From a virus: a DNA stretch of 64,000 nucleotides. Below the pieces are notes generated by a model. That model made no database searches, was not told the DNA's origin, and saw nothing but the letters and a program-made list of their open reading frames with translations. The translations under genes were made by a program, and so were the position numbers. Positions within the stretch are counted from its first letter, which is position 1, and every line of letters starts with the position of its first letter. Where the stretch lies: the IMG/VR virus record IMGVR_UViG_3300032116_000025; one strand, written 5' to 3'. Shown here one piece after another: positions 1 to 9,305 of the stretch.

Positions 1-75
1 ATCCCCGGCGACGTGGCGCAGGCCTCCGAGAAGCGGCTTCCTCCGGCGGTGATGAAGCCGCGCAAGTCTGAGTGA
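1..75 (+). CDS. 3' end of an upstream hypothetical gene (partial)
   Basis: Frame 1 is open to TGA at 73-75 (IPGDVAQ...KPRKSE*) and overlaps the next start as GTGA. Confidence 0.6.
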   Translation: MPGDVAQASEKRLPPAVMKPRKSE

Positions 76-452
76 CCTACCAAGCAACCGTCAGCGTAGA
101 GATCAAAGACGGAAAGCGAACTCTCTACACTATCGGTAGCAGCATCGCTACGTACCAAGACACGCACTACGAAAGCCCCATGGGAAACAAAGAAAAGTAC
201 AAAGACCTACTAGGCGACGGAAACGCAAGGGTGTCTATCGGCATGGACGAGCGTATTGCCGGACCCCATTACAGCAGCGTCAGCATCCGGGTGAACATCT
301 CAATCAACTGTGATCAGACTGAATCCTCCATCAAAGAGGCGTCCGATCTGCTGACTAAAGAAGCAATGGCCTACCTAGAGGGTCATTATGAAGTGGCTGT
401 CGAGCGGCTTCGGCAGCATCTCGACCACCTGTACCCGAACGGGCGCGCGTAA
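72..452 (+). CDS. Hypothetical phage protein
   Basis: 126 aa ORF coupled to both neighbours. Confidence 0.75.
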   Translation: MTYQATVSVEIKDGKRTLYTIGSSIATYQDTHYESPMGNKEKYKDLLGDGNARVSIGMDERIAGPHYSSVSIRVNISINCDQTESSIKEASDLLTKEAMAYLEGHYEVAVERLRQHLDHLYPNGRA

Positions 453-779
453 ATGCCGAATCAGTTTAAGGGCACGGAGGTTCACCTCCGTGCCGTTCAC
501 TTGTTTGGAAAAACCACGGGCGCACGGATCCGCGTAGAGTTGCAGTTTACCGACAGTAGTGGGCTTGTTCACGCGGTAACCGAGCATGAACTGGAGCCCT
601 CAGTGGACCCAAAGGTTGGCCTGGCCGCTAAGGAGCTTTACGAGGCTCTGCGCAACTGGGCGATCTCGGTCCACTACCATGACACCAGCACGAACACGGA
701 AAGGGTGACAGCTCGTGGAATCGCTGAATCACTACGCAGCGCTGCTGACGACACTGACGAGCTTGAAAGACAGGGTTGA
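453..779 (+). CDS. Hypothetical phage protein
   Basis: 108 aa ORF; ATG directly follows the previous TAA. Confidence 0.7.
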   Translation: MPNQFKGTEVHLRAVHLFGKTTGARIRVELQFTDSSGLVHAVTEHELEPSVDPKVGLAAKELYEALRNWAISVHYHDTSTNTERVTARGIAESLRSAADDTDELERQG

Positions 780-1764
780 CGATTACGCGTCGCGGTGCCT
801 GCCCGACCACATGTGCGACCGGAGCAAGGGGCCTAGCAGCGGCTTTAGCTTCGAAAAGGTTGACCTCTCAAAGGTCTTCCCAGACGCAGAGGGAACTACC
901 GTAGGGGTTGCAGTAGAAGGAGCCTCGATCCCCTTTCTGTTCAGCAACTGGAGCAGGTCGCAGGTGCTGTCGCACGTAGGGGCGAAGGAAAAGTGGTTTC
1001 GCTCCGTTACGCACGACCGGCAAGTTGACGAACTGAATCTCCGGAGGTCGGAGTTTCACCGACAGCGGCTTCGGCTTGTTAAGTCTGCTGAGGGAGAGCC
1101 CGTAGGCGTAGTTAGGGGCGTTGTGTCAGACAGCTTCTCTGACATTCCTGACACCGACGTGATGTCGGCAATCGTCCGGTCTAGCGGAGCAAAGGGGTAC
1201 GCGCTGGCATCCCACTCCGCAAAGACCGACCGGGCGTTTTACGCACACATCATTCTTGACGAAGAGATTGGGCTCCCTGGGAACTTGATCCACGGGTTCC
1301 CGGGGGTAGTAGTCAAGAACAGCGAGGTTGGGTACACGGCGCTCTGCGTGATCCCAGTTTTGTTTCTCCCTACGATCCGGCGCCACATTGTGTTTAGCCG
1401 ACAGGCCACCATGCGGCGAATCCACCGCGGAAGTGTCAGCGAGCTTTCGACTCAGTTCAACGAGGCGCTAGACAAGTCCGCGGGCGTTTGGGCTTCCGTA
1501 GAGCAGCGATGCACCCAGCTGGCAAGTATTGTCTACGCAACGGAAGACCAAGCAGTCCTAACTTTGCGCGCGGCAATCATCTACGTGGGCGGGTCAAAGA
1601 AGCAAGCGTTACTCGCGGAAAACGAGTATCGAGGGGCTAAACACACGACTCACACAGCCTTAGCCGCCTTCGACTCTGTGCTCTCCCTTGTGTCGTCTAG
1701 CAACCAAGACGAGCAGCACCTAGAAGCGGCACTAGCCGGCGCGGTTCTTTGGGCGCTCACCTAA
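715..1764 (+). CDS. DUF932-like phage protein
   Basis: Motifs RGVVSDSF, VVVKNSEVG and RRIHRG resemble DUF932-family proteins of phage replication regions. Confidence 0.55.
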   Translation: MESLNHYAALLTTLTSLKDRVDDYASRCLPDHMCDRSKGPSSGFSFEKVDLSKVFPDAEGTTVGVAVEGASIPFLFSNWSRSQVLSHVGAKEKWFRSVTHDRQVDELNLRRSEFHRQRLRLVKSAEGEPVGVVRGVVSDSFSDIPDTDVMSAIVRSSGAKGYALASHSAKTDRAFYAHIILDEEIGLPGNLIHGFPGVVVKNSEVGYTALCVIPVLFLPTIRRHIVFSRQATMRRIHRGSVSELSTQFNEALDKSAGVWASVEQRCTQLASIVYATEDQAVLTLRAAIIYVGGSKKQALLAENEYRGAKHTTHTALAAFDSVLSLVSSSNQDEQHLEAALAGAVLWALT

Positions 1765-1810
1765 CACAACTCGTAGTGGTCTGGGTAAGCCCGACAACAA
1801 GATGTAGTGG
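1764..1810 (+). promoter_or_regulatory. Tandem NrdR-box-like operators
   Basis: ACACAACTCGTAGTGG (1764-1779) and CAACAAGATGTAGTGG (1795-1810), 31 bp apart; resemble acaCwAtATaTwGtg. Confidence 0.6.
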
Positions 1811-1843
1811 CTCCACTTTGTTGTTGAACGGGCTTACCCGGAC
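1779..1843. repeat. Long imperfect inverted repeat upstream of the helicase gene
   Basis: GTCTGGGTAAGCCCG (1779-1793) pairs with CGGGCTTACCCGGAC (1829-1843); inner CAACAA/TTGTTG and AGTG/CACT stems. Confidence 0.8.
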
Positions 1844-1876
1844 ACGTAAAAAGAACCCCCTTTATCGGAGGCACTG

Positions 1877-3322
1877 GTGGTACCCGTAGAACTTCGGCTG
1901 CTGACTACCATGTGTTACACGGGCGACTTTACGCCCATCATTTCTGGCGAGATTACCGAGGACCACTTCCTCACTGATCAGGGCAAAGCCCTGTACCTGT
2001 TCGTCTCGAACTACCGAACGGCCAGCGACGGTGCGGCGCGACACCCGTCGCTTGTGGTTGTTCGAAACAGGTTCAAGGACATACCCTTACCCGACCCTGA
2101 TCCTGCCGACTCGGTTTCAGCGCTGGCGCATGAAGTGGTGCTCGACAAGATCCGAGCCGACACTTCTCAGCTTAGCCACAACCTGGAAATCGTGGCTAAG
2201 CAAGTTGACCCCCTACCTGACCTTGCTCGCGCCGCCTCGCTTCTAAAGCGAATCACTGAGGCGGCTACTAAGACAAAGCACATGGCCTTGGACACCACCA
2301 TCCAAGACATTCTCATGGAGTACGACTCCGGGAATATCTTGCCGGATGGAGTCCCGTGGCCGTGGCGCTCTATGACAGAGGCTACGCGCGGTCTGCATAG
2401 AAAAGAGATGGTGGTCATTGCAGGAAGACCTAAATCCCGCAAGACGTTTCTAGCAATCCACGTAGCAGCTACTGCAATGAAGGCGTACGGAAAGCGTGTG
2501 CTGTTCTTTACGCCGGAGATGCCGCCGAGGCAGGTAATGCTTCGCGTGATCGCGGATCTGGCCGCAGTCCGCTACACTGAGTTCAAGAACGCTACCCTAG
2601 ATGAACTAGAGGTTAGCCGCCTTGTAGAAGTCGCTAAAAAATACGGGAGGATCGCGAACGAAACTGAAGAGGAATATTCGTTTCGGATGTCCTCTTCGGC
2701 AAACGGTAAGGGTCCCCGCTTTGACGTAATCCAGAGCACAGGAAAAGGTGTTTCGTGGATGCAGTCGAAGATTGATATGTACGAGCCCGACATTGTCGTC
2801 TCGGACTCGCTATACCGACAAGTGCCAGACGGTGGGCGCAAGAACGACGCTGACTGGAAGCAAGTGTCAGCCCTATCTAGGTCCATGAAAGATCTGTTCA
2901 TGGAAGCCAACGTGATTGGGATCGCTACTCACCAAATGAACCGGGGAGCGGACGCCCAAGTGGGGTCGCTATCTAACCTCGGGCTAACCGACGCGTTTGG
3001 CCAAGACGCAGACCTGGTCATCCGGGTCATTACTGGAAAGATCGCAGGAGTTGATACAAGCGCACTTGCGATCCTTGGTGGCCGTGAGGTTCCGTTTGAC
3101 GGCCTTATGATCAACAACAAGCCGTCTTACGACTTCTCAGAGATCAGCGTCATTACCAACAAGAAGCAAGTGGAAGCGCTATTTGAGCGCGACGACGCTG
3201 ACTCTCCGGAAGAGGGGGAGACCGAGATCGTTAAGAAGAAAGGTAAGCGTCCTGCTAAAGCGCGCCCTGCCAGCGACCTAGACGACGACCTTCCCGACCC
3301 TGAAGAGAACCTGCGCACATGA
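1877..3322 (+). CDS. dnaB: DnaB-like (SF4) replicative helicase
   Basis: H1 IAGRPKSRKT, H1a FFTPEM, H2 DIVVSDSL, H3 HQMNR, H4 AFGQDADLVI; acidic/basic C-terminal tail. Confidence 0.88.
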   Translation: MVPVELRLLTTMCYTGDFTPIISGEITEDHFLTDQGKALYLFVSNYRTASDGAARHPSLVVVRNRFKDIPLPDPDPADSVSALAHEVVLDKIRADTSQLSHNLEIVAKQVDPLPDLARAASLLKRITEAATKTKHMALDTTIQDILMEYDSGNILPDGVPWPWRSMTEATRGLHRKEMVVIAGRPKSRKTFLAIHVAATAMKAYGKRVLFFTPEMPPRQVMLRVIADLAAVRYTEFKNATLDELEVSRLVEVAKKYGRIANETEEEYSFRMSSSANGKGPRFDVIQSTGKGVSWMQSKIDMYEPDIVVSDSLYRQVPDGGRKNDADWKQVSALSRSMKDLFMEANVIGIATHQMNRGADAQVGSLSNLGLTDAFGQDADLVIRVITGKIAGVDTSALAILGGREVPFDGLMINNKPSYDFSEISVITNKKQVEALFERDDADSPEEGETEIVKKKGKRPAKARPASDLDDDLPDPEENLRT

Positions 3323-4371
3323 GTGACATCGTATCGTCCCTTTTCGCCATGGCTCCGGCCTTGGCGGAAGGGGCACGGTCGACCGACGCGTACGTACTCG
3401 TACGGTGCCCCTTTCATAGCGGAGGACGAGAAAAGACGCCCTCCATGTCGATTGCACGGGACAAGCCCGTGTTCTTCTGCCATGCGTGCCAAGAGTCCGG
3501 CCACGTCTCTCGGCTGTTCCGCAGCTACGGCGTATCTAAAGAAACCGTAGATACGTTCCTTGCCAACGCCGGGCTCAACAAGTCCTACCAAAAGCAAAAG
3601 GCAGGGAAGGTCTCAGCAAAGCTTGCCGACGGGGTGGACCCGTTTCGGGGGCAGTACCTGCTGGACGATGAGATACTAGACGCTTACCGGCAGGCCCCAA
3701 CCTACCTACTCAAAAGTGGTTTTGAGAAAAAGACGCTTCGGCACTTTGAGGTAGGTTTTGACGCGTCAAACTTACGTATAACGTTCCCGATACGCAACAT
3801 CTACGGAGATCTTCTTGGGGTATCAGGAAGAGCTATTGTAGACGGGCAGGAACCCCGCTACAAGATCTACAAGCAAGAGCTGTCTTCCCGGGAAGACCTA
3901 AACGTTCCGCCCACGTACACCATGGACTCCGCAAAGGAGATCACCATGTGGCACGGACACCTGGTGTTTCCTTACCTGCTAAAGCGCGATGAGCCCGTAG
4001 TAATCGTAGAGGGTTTTAAGGCGTGCATGTGGGTCTGGCAATCCGGCTATCAGGCCGTAGTGGCCTTGGTTGGTGCTTACCTTTCAGACTTCCACGCCGA
4101 AATTATTGCTACGCACACCAAATCAGCAGTCCTGTTCTTAGACAACAACACCGCAGGGCTGCGCGGTTCATTCTTTGCTGCCCGACGTTTAATGGAGAAG
4201 GGAGTCGATGCCAAGATCGTCTCGTATCCAGATGAGCGTCAGCAGCCCGATAACTTAAGCCCAGAAGAAACCATCCAACAGATCAAAGAACCCATATCAT
4301 TCAGAGCATGGAGAGAGGCACACCAACATGTCGCAAATGAAGCATCGCGCAGGATTCGGCTCCGCTGGTAG
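3319..4371 (+). CDS. dnaG: DnaG-like DNA primase (CHC2 zinc finger + TOPRIM)
   Basis: CPFH...FFCHAC zinc finger, RITFPIRN, GVSGR, VIVEG, FLDNNTAG. Confidence 0.88.
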   Translation: MSDIVSSLFAMAPALAEGARSTDAYVLVRCPFHSGGREKTPSMSIARDKPVFFCHACQESGHVSRLFRSYGVSKETVDTFLANAGLNKSYQKQKAGKVSAKLADGVDPFRGQYLLDDEILDAYRQAPTYLLKSGFEKKTLRHFEVGFDASNLRITFPIRNIYGDLLGVSGRAIVDGQEPRYKIYKQELSSREDLNVPPTYTMDSAKEITMWHGHLVFPYLLKRDEPVVIVEGFKACMWVWQSGYQAVVALVGAYLSDFHAEIIATHTKSAVLFLDNNTAGLRGSFFAARRLMEKGVDAKIVSYPDERQQPDNLSPEETIQQIKEPISFRAWREAHQHVANEASRRIRLRW

Positions 4372-5497
4372 TCGGCTTTCAGACCAGGGGCGTTCGATTC
4401 TACAGCCGCCTCAGACTCAGCAGAACCGCTCCGCTACACGGTTTCCCGAAGGTGTGTTTGACCGCTTTAACCCGGGCGAGAAGGCTGTCTGGATCAACAT
4501 CTCTCCCCTCCAGTCGTGGACCTTCATGGCCTACGACCCCGAGGCGGGTGAGGTAGTCCAGCAAAACAAGAGCTGGTTTCCCTACGTCAAGCACTACTAC
4601 GCGCGCACCAAGCAGATGATGAACTGCTCGGCCGGTCCTAACCGCGACCAGCCGTGTTACGGGTGTGCGATCAACAAAGCGTTCTACCAGAAGATGGACG
4701 CGATTGAGCAGCGCACGGGTGTTCGCCCGAAGGATGAGTCCCCCATGAGCGCCCAAAAGTGCTTTGGGCTCGCCGTAACGATCATGGAGAACATCGTGTC
4801 CATGCCTGCCGTAGATAGAAACGGCGTGGCACGTAAGAACAAGGCCGGAGAGCCTATCTACGACTACATCCCTCAGCCGCTTCTCGGCACGGGCCCCACA
4901 AACCACGCCGTTTCGTTTGGCCGTCGGGCACACATGACCCTCGGCATCACGCATCTGCGCCAGCTTCTCGTATTCGACGAGGAGATGCGCAACTACTGTG
5001 GCAACTGCGCTGGCGCGATGAAGGCTAGCTCCATCGTCTGCCCTGATTGCGAGTCCACATACAACCTCCCAGACGCGGTAACTGGAGACGACCTCGTAGA
5101 GACCCGGGGTCGAGACTTCAACTGCAACGCCTGCGGCTACCGGGGCGTAATGCGTCCCACGCTAGAGTGTAAGTGCGGAGATCCCCGTGAGGGCAAGCTC
5201 ACGGATTTCGACGTTCGCATCAAGCGTGAGAAGCTTGGTGATAAGCAGTCTATGCTGAGCATCAAGGGAATCCGCCTCCCGAAGCTGGATAACCCGGAGA
5301 TCCGAAAGATGGTTGAGTCTCCGCTCGACCTCCCAAAGATCTTTGCTCCAAGCTCGCTGGAGGACCAGCAGCGTCGGCTCGGTGAGGTTGCCCGCGGGGT
5401 TGACCCGCGAAGCCACCACAAGGCGGCCAGCGCCGATACTGAGTCCTACGTGGACAGCAGTAACTCTGAAGACGAAGATCTTCCGTACTCACGCTAG
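4328..5497 (+). CDS. Putative ssDNA-binding protein, T4 gp32-like, with extra zinc ribbons
   Basis: H...NCS...PCYGC matches the gp32 zinc-site spacing; acidic tail DSSNSEDEDLPYSR; lies between primase and polymerase. Confidence 0.6.
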   Translation: MSQMKHRAGFGSAGSRLSDQGRSILQPPQTQQNRSATRFPEGVFDRFNPGEKAVWINISPLQSWTFMAYDPEAGEVVQQNKSWFPYVKHYYARTKQMMNCSAGPNRDQPCYGCAINKAFYQKMDAIEQRTGVRPKDESPMSAQKCFGLAVTIMENIVSMPAVDRNGVARKNKAGEPIYDYIPQPLLGTGPTNHAVSFGRRAHMTLGITHLRQLLVFDEEMRNYCGNCAGAMKASSIVCPDCESTYNLPDAVTGDDLVETRGRDFNCNACGYRGVMRPTLECKCGDPREGKLTDFDVRIKREKLGDKQSMLSIKGIRLPKLDNPEIRKMVESPLDLPKIFAPSSLEDQQRRLGEVARGVDPRSHHKAASADTESYVDSSNSEDEDLPYSR

Positions 5498-5506
5498 AGG
5501 TAAACA

Positions 5507-7510
5507 ATGCCGCGACTCCGGCTACTTCCGCCTGTAGAGGCGGCGTATACGCCGGAAGAGGCTGCCCCGATTCTCAGGTATCTGATGAATCGGGGCGGCC
5601 CTGTCGCCATCGACACAGAGACCACGGGACTTCAGATCATGAAGGACCGGGTACTCTATTGGTCGATGGCGACGGAGAGCCGTCGGTTCTTCTTCCCAGT
5701 AGAACTTCTTTACTACTTTGATCCGCTATTCCAGCGGCCAGATGTTACCTGGTATCTCGCCAACGCAAAGTACGACATGCACTTGCTCGCTAACATGGGT
5801 GTAACCCTGGTTGGCGACGTGTGGGACATCGTCGTGATGGACGCGATGGAGGACGACACCAGATCTCACGGCCTAAAAGAGCAGGCGTTCCTCGCTTACG
5901 GCGTGCGGTGGGGTGAGTTCAAAAACTTGTTTTTGGACAACAACGACCAGCAGCTAGACAAGATCACCCGGGCTGCGTTTCGGGAGATGAGCGTCGGGGA
6001 CAAGCTAGAGTTTGTGTTTAGGGAATCCCCCGAGGTTGTAGAGAACTACGCCTCGTGTGACGCGTTTTTTACGTACATGCGGGCTGAGGATCTGCGGTCA
6101 CAGCTGTCTAGCCAACCGCTGCCTACAGAAGTATGCGCGTCTTTTAGCTACCTGATCGACTATTTCCGCGTGATCGAGGTTCCACTGACGAAAGTCTTAT
6201 GGGATATGGAGCGCGCAGGCTTCATGGTCGATATGGACTACGTGAAGTCCATCGACGGACCAATGCGAGACGGCGTTGCTGCTGCTGAAAAGAGGATTTA
6301 CGAGGCGGCTGGGTACCGCATCAACCCAAGGTCTACAGATGATTTGCGGGAGATCCTGTTCAACAAAGACAAAGGCTTTGGGCTAAAGCCCATTAAGTAC
6401 ACGGCAAGCGACGACCCCAAAGCAAGCACCGACGATAAATCGCTGGATCTACTTTCGCTGCGCGCCGGGGTAGGCACCCCGGCGCAGAAGTTTATCAACG
6501 CGGTCCAAGACTACCGGCACATCGTCAAACTCCACGGCACCTACGTAAAGAACCTACACAAGCTTGTGTGGGGCAAGGGCGACAACGGCGACGGGCGTGT
6601 TCACTGCCGCATCAACCAAGCTGGCGCCCGAACATCCCGACTGAGTTCTGCTGACCCAAACATGCAGAACATTCCAGCTAGAAACGACGAGTACAAGATC
6701 CGTGGGGTATTTGTAGCGGATCCGGGCACCGACCTAGTTGACTTTGACTACCCCCAGATTGAGTTCCGGATTGCGGCATATCTAGCCGGGGAAGAGGCGA
6801 TGATGGAGCCCATCCGCAAGGGGTGGGACATCCATAGTGCAAACGGCGGTCACATGTTCCGCAAGGATGGCGTGACCTACGAGGGCATCATGGAGGCTAG
6901 GCGCAAGAAGGACGCTAAGGAGCCTCTTACCGACCGGGACAGGATGCTTCTAAAGAAGCGGGACCACTCAAAGGAGATTGGTCTAGCAAACCTGTACGGC
7001 AAAGGGGCGCCCAAACTTGCGGCAGAACTCAAGATCACCCTAGAGGAGGCTGAGGAACTCCAAAACGATTTTGCACGCGCGTACCCGAATATTGCTGGGC
7101 AGATTAGGGACATGAAGTCCTTTGCGCACGAGCATGAGTTCACCCACACGTGGCTCGGGCGTATCCGCCGGCTGTACCGGATCAATAACGAGCACAACCG
7201 GGGGCTTGTTGGTGCCGAAGAACGGCAGGCGTACAACACGCTAGTGCAGGGTACGGGCGCAGAGATGATCAAGCTGGCTATGCTTCGGATCGCCCATGAC
7301 AAGCGATTTAAGGAACTAGGCGGCCGTCTAATCTTGACGGTTCACGATGAGCTTATTTCTAGGTGCCCCAAAGATACGTCTAAGGATCTGTTCAAGGTAA
7401 AGAAGGAGTTGATGTCGGAACCCTTTAAGTGGGGACCCATCAACATCGATCTGCCCGTACCCGTAGACCCGGACGGACAGATTGGGCATCGGTGGAGCGA
7501 GCTGAAGTAA
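5507..7510 (+). CDS. polA: Family A DNA polymerase with 3'-5' exonuclease domain
   Basis: ExoI DTETTG, ExoII NAKYD, ExoIII YASCD, RLSSADPNMQNIP, motif A DYPQIE, motif B K-x7-YG, motif C VHDE. Confidence 0.95.
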   Translation: MPRLRLLPPVEAAYTPEEAAPILRYLMNRGGPVAIDTETTGLQIMKDRVLYWSMATESRRFFFPVELLYYFDPLFQRPDVTWYLANAKYDMHLLANMGVTLVGDVWDIVVMDAMEDDTRSHGLKEQAFLAYGVRWGEFKNLFLDNNDQQLDKITRAAFREMSVGDKLEFVFRESPEVVENYASCDAFFTYMRAEDLRSQLSSQPLPTEVCASFSYLIDYFRVIEVPLTKVLWDMERAGFMVDMDYVKSIDGPMRDGVAAAEKRIYEAAGYRINPRSTDDLREILFNKDKGFGLKPIKYTASDDPKASTDDKSLDLLSLRAGVGTPAQKFINAVQDYRHIVKLHGTYVKNLHKLVWGKGDNGDGRVHCRINQAGARTSRLSSADPNMQNIPARNDEYKIRGVFVADPGTDLVDFDYPQIEFRIAAYLAGEEAMMEPIRKGWDIHSANGGHMFRKDGVTYEGIMEARRKKDAKEPLTDRDRMLLKKRDHSKEIGLANLYGKGAPKLAAELKITLEEAEELQNDFARAYPNIAGQIRDMKSFAHEHEFTHTWLGRIRRLYRINNEHNRGLVGAEERQAYNTLVQGTGAEMIKLAMLRIAHDKRFKELGGRLILTVHDELISRCPKDTSKDLFKVKKELMSEPFKWGPINIDLPVPVDPDGQIGHRWSELK

Positions 7511-7519
7511 GGAGATCAA

Positions 7520-8764
7520 GTGGCTGCAAAGAAAAAGGCTCAACCGCAAAAGGTAGAGACCCGGATCTCTCCGGACCTACAAGTTGAAAAGCGTCAGCGC
7601 CTAGAGGCTGTCGTAAACCGCATTAACACGGAGATGAAGCGCACGGTTGTGAGGCTAGCCTCAGACACCTCGTCTTCTTACCTGCTCCGCCGCCCAACGG
7701 GGATTACTAGCCTCGATATTGCCCTCGCTGGAGGCATCCCGGCATCGGCCCCGGTGGTCATCGTCGGACCTGACAGCGCCGGAAAAGACTATCTACTGTG
7801 GCGCGTGTGCGCCGAGACACAGCGGATCTACGGCGAAGACTTTGCAATGGCCGTGTACCTGACCGAGTTCCGGGCAGACAAGCGGTATATGCGAGATTTC
7901 TGCGGGCTCAAGATCGCTATGAGCGACCAAGAGCTAGACGAGATCGATTCTGCTCGTCTAAACATGGGCCTTCCTCCGCTTACGCGAGAGGAGCGGGAGC
8001 ACTACCAAGAGCAGGTGGGAAAGATCTTTCTCATCTACGGTGTAACCGCAGAAGAGGGATTCGACGCTATCATCGACCTGGTAGCCACAAACAGCTGCCA
8101 GATCGTTGCTGTAAACAGCATTGGATTCCTTCAGACGGAAGCTAAGGAAGATCAGGAGTCGTTCAAGGACTTTGCACAGCAGCGTAACGAGGCAATCCTG
8201 CTGTCAAAGTTTCTTCCCAAGCTGGCGATGACGCTAAACCGCGACCTGCCAAACGGGGAAAGAAACGAGACGTCCATCATCCTCATTAACCAGGTTCGGT
8301 CCAAGGACAACGTACGGCCCATCCCCGGACGGCCCATGATGGACCGGGACAAGTATCGTCCTGCTGCCGAGGCCCATGCGCTGAAACACGGGAAAGCCCT
8401 AGAGCTGATGATCCACAATGGAAAGAAGCTCTATGACGAGGATAACCAAGTTGTTCTCGGGCGAGAAAAGCAGTGGGAGTTCCTTAAGGGCAAGCTCGGG
8501 TTCCACGAAGGCAAGAAGGGTGTCTTCAGGTACTTCTTCGAGACCGGCGCTGATGTCATTGGCGATCTAATCGAGGTGTGCAAAAGCCTGGGTGTCTTTA
8601 GCGTCTCGGGCTCTTGGGTAGAGTACGAGCGGGACGGAGAGACTCAGTTTCGCTGTCAGGGGGACGCTAAGATCCGTACGTATCTCCGCGATCGGCCAGA
8701 AATGGTCGATGAGCTTCGGCACGCCTGCTTCCAAAGGGCGGGGATCATCTACAAGCACCGGTAA
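7520..8764 (+). CDS. recA: RecA/UvsX-like recombinase with atypical Walker motifs
   Basis: PTGITSLDIALAGGIP, GPDSAGKD, IILINQVR, ALKH, SGSWVEY. Confidence 0.85.
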   Translation: MAAKKKAQPQKVETRISPDLQVEKRQRLEAVVNRINTEMKRTVVRLASDTSSSYLLRRPTGITSLDIALAGGIPASAPVVIVGPDSAGKDYLLWRVCAETQRIYGEDFAMAVYLTEFRADKRYMRDFCGLKIAMSDQELDEIDSARLNMGLPPLTREEREHYQEQVGKIFLIYGVTAEEGFDAIIDLVATNSCQIVAVNSIGFLQTEAKEDQESFKDFAQQRNEAILLSKFLPKLAMTLNRDLPNGERNETSIILINQVRSKDNVRPIPGRPMMDRDKYRPAAEAHALKHGKALELMIHNGKKLYDEDNQVVLGREKQWEFLKGKLGFHEGKKGVFRYFFETGADVIGDLIEVCKSLGVFSVSGSWVEYERDGETQFRCQGDAKIRTYLRDRPEMVDELRHACFQRAGIIYKHR

Positions 8765-8786
8765 CGCCTATCAGGCCTGGCTATCC

Positions 8787-9305
8787 ATGACTATTACAAA
8801 GAAGAAATCGGCCAGCCAGGAACGCCGCGTAGCTCAGGAGCTAGGGGGTCGCCGCATCCCCCTCTCCGGAGCTGGAAGTGAGAAAGGCGACGGACGTGTA
8901 GCTCAACGGTACGTAAGGACAGAGGACGGCGTAGAAGAAACCGTACGGCTTACCTTGCGGATCGAGAACAAGCTGACGAGCAAGCCTAGCTACACGCTCT
9001 CCTCGCAGGACTGGGACAAGCTCTATCGGGCTGCTCAGTCCTGTGGGGAACACCCCCTGTTTCACATAGAGCTGTCTGTATCAGGAATCGGCTCAGTCCA
9101 GGTTGCTGTGATCACAGAGCAACTTGCTTTAGAGCTAGGATTTTCTCCAGCAGTCTTGTGGGACAGAAAACCCGCAAAGTCGTTTTCCGTATCGTGGGAG
9201 CGGTGTCTCCAAGGACTCCCATATTCGCTACATCTACACGATCAGCACCGGCTGGTTGTCGCCGACTACCTAAAGGTGCGTAACGCGATACAGGAGATCC
9301 AGTGA
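8787..9305 (+). CDS. Hjc-like PD-(D/E)xK nuclease / Holliday junction resolvase
   Basis: QERRVAQELGG, SGAG..KGD and IENK motifs; the ATG at 8787 avoids overlap with recA. Confidence 0.7.
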   Translation: MTITKKKSASQERRVAQELGGRRIPLSGAGSEKGDGRVAQRYVRTEDGVEETVRLTLRIENKLTSKPSYTLSSQDWDKLYRAAQSCGEHPLFHIELSVSGIGSVQVAVITEQLALELGFSPAVLWDRKPAKSFSVSWERCLQGLPYSLHLHDQHRLVVADYLKVRNAIQEIQ

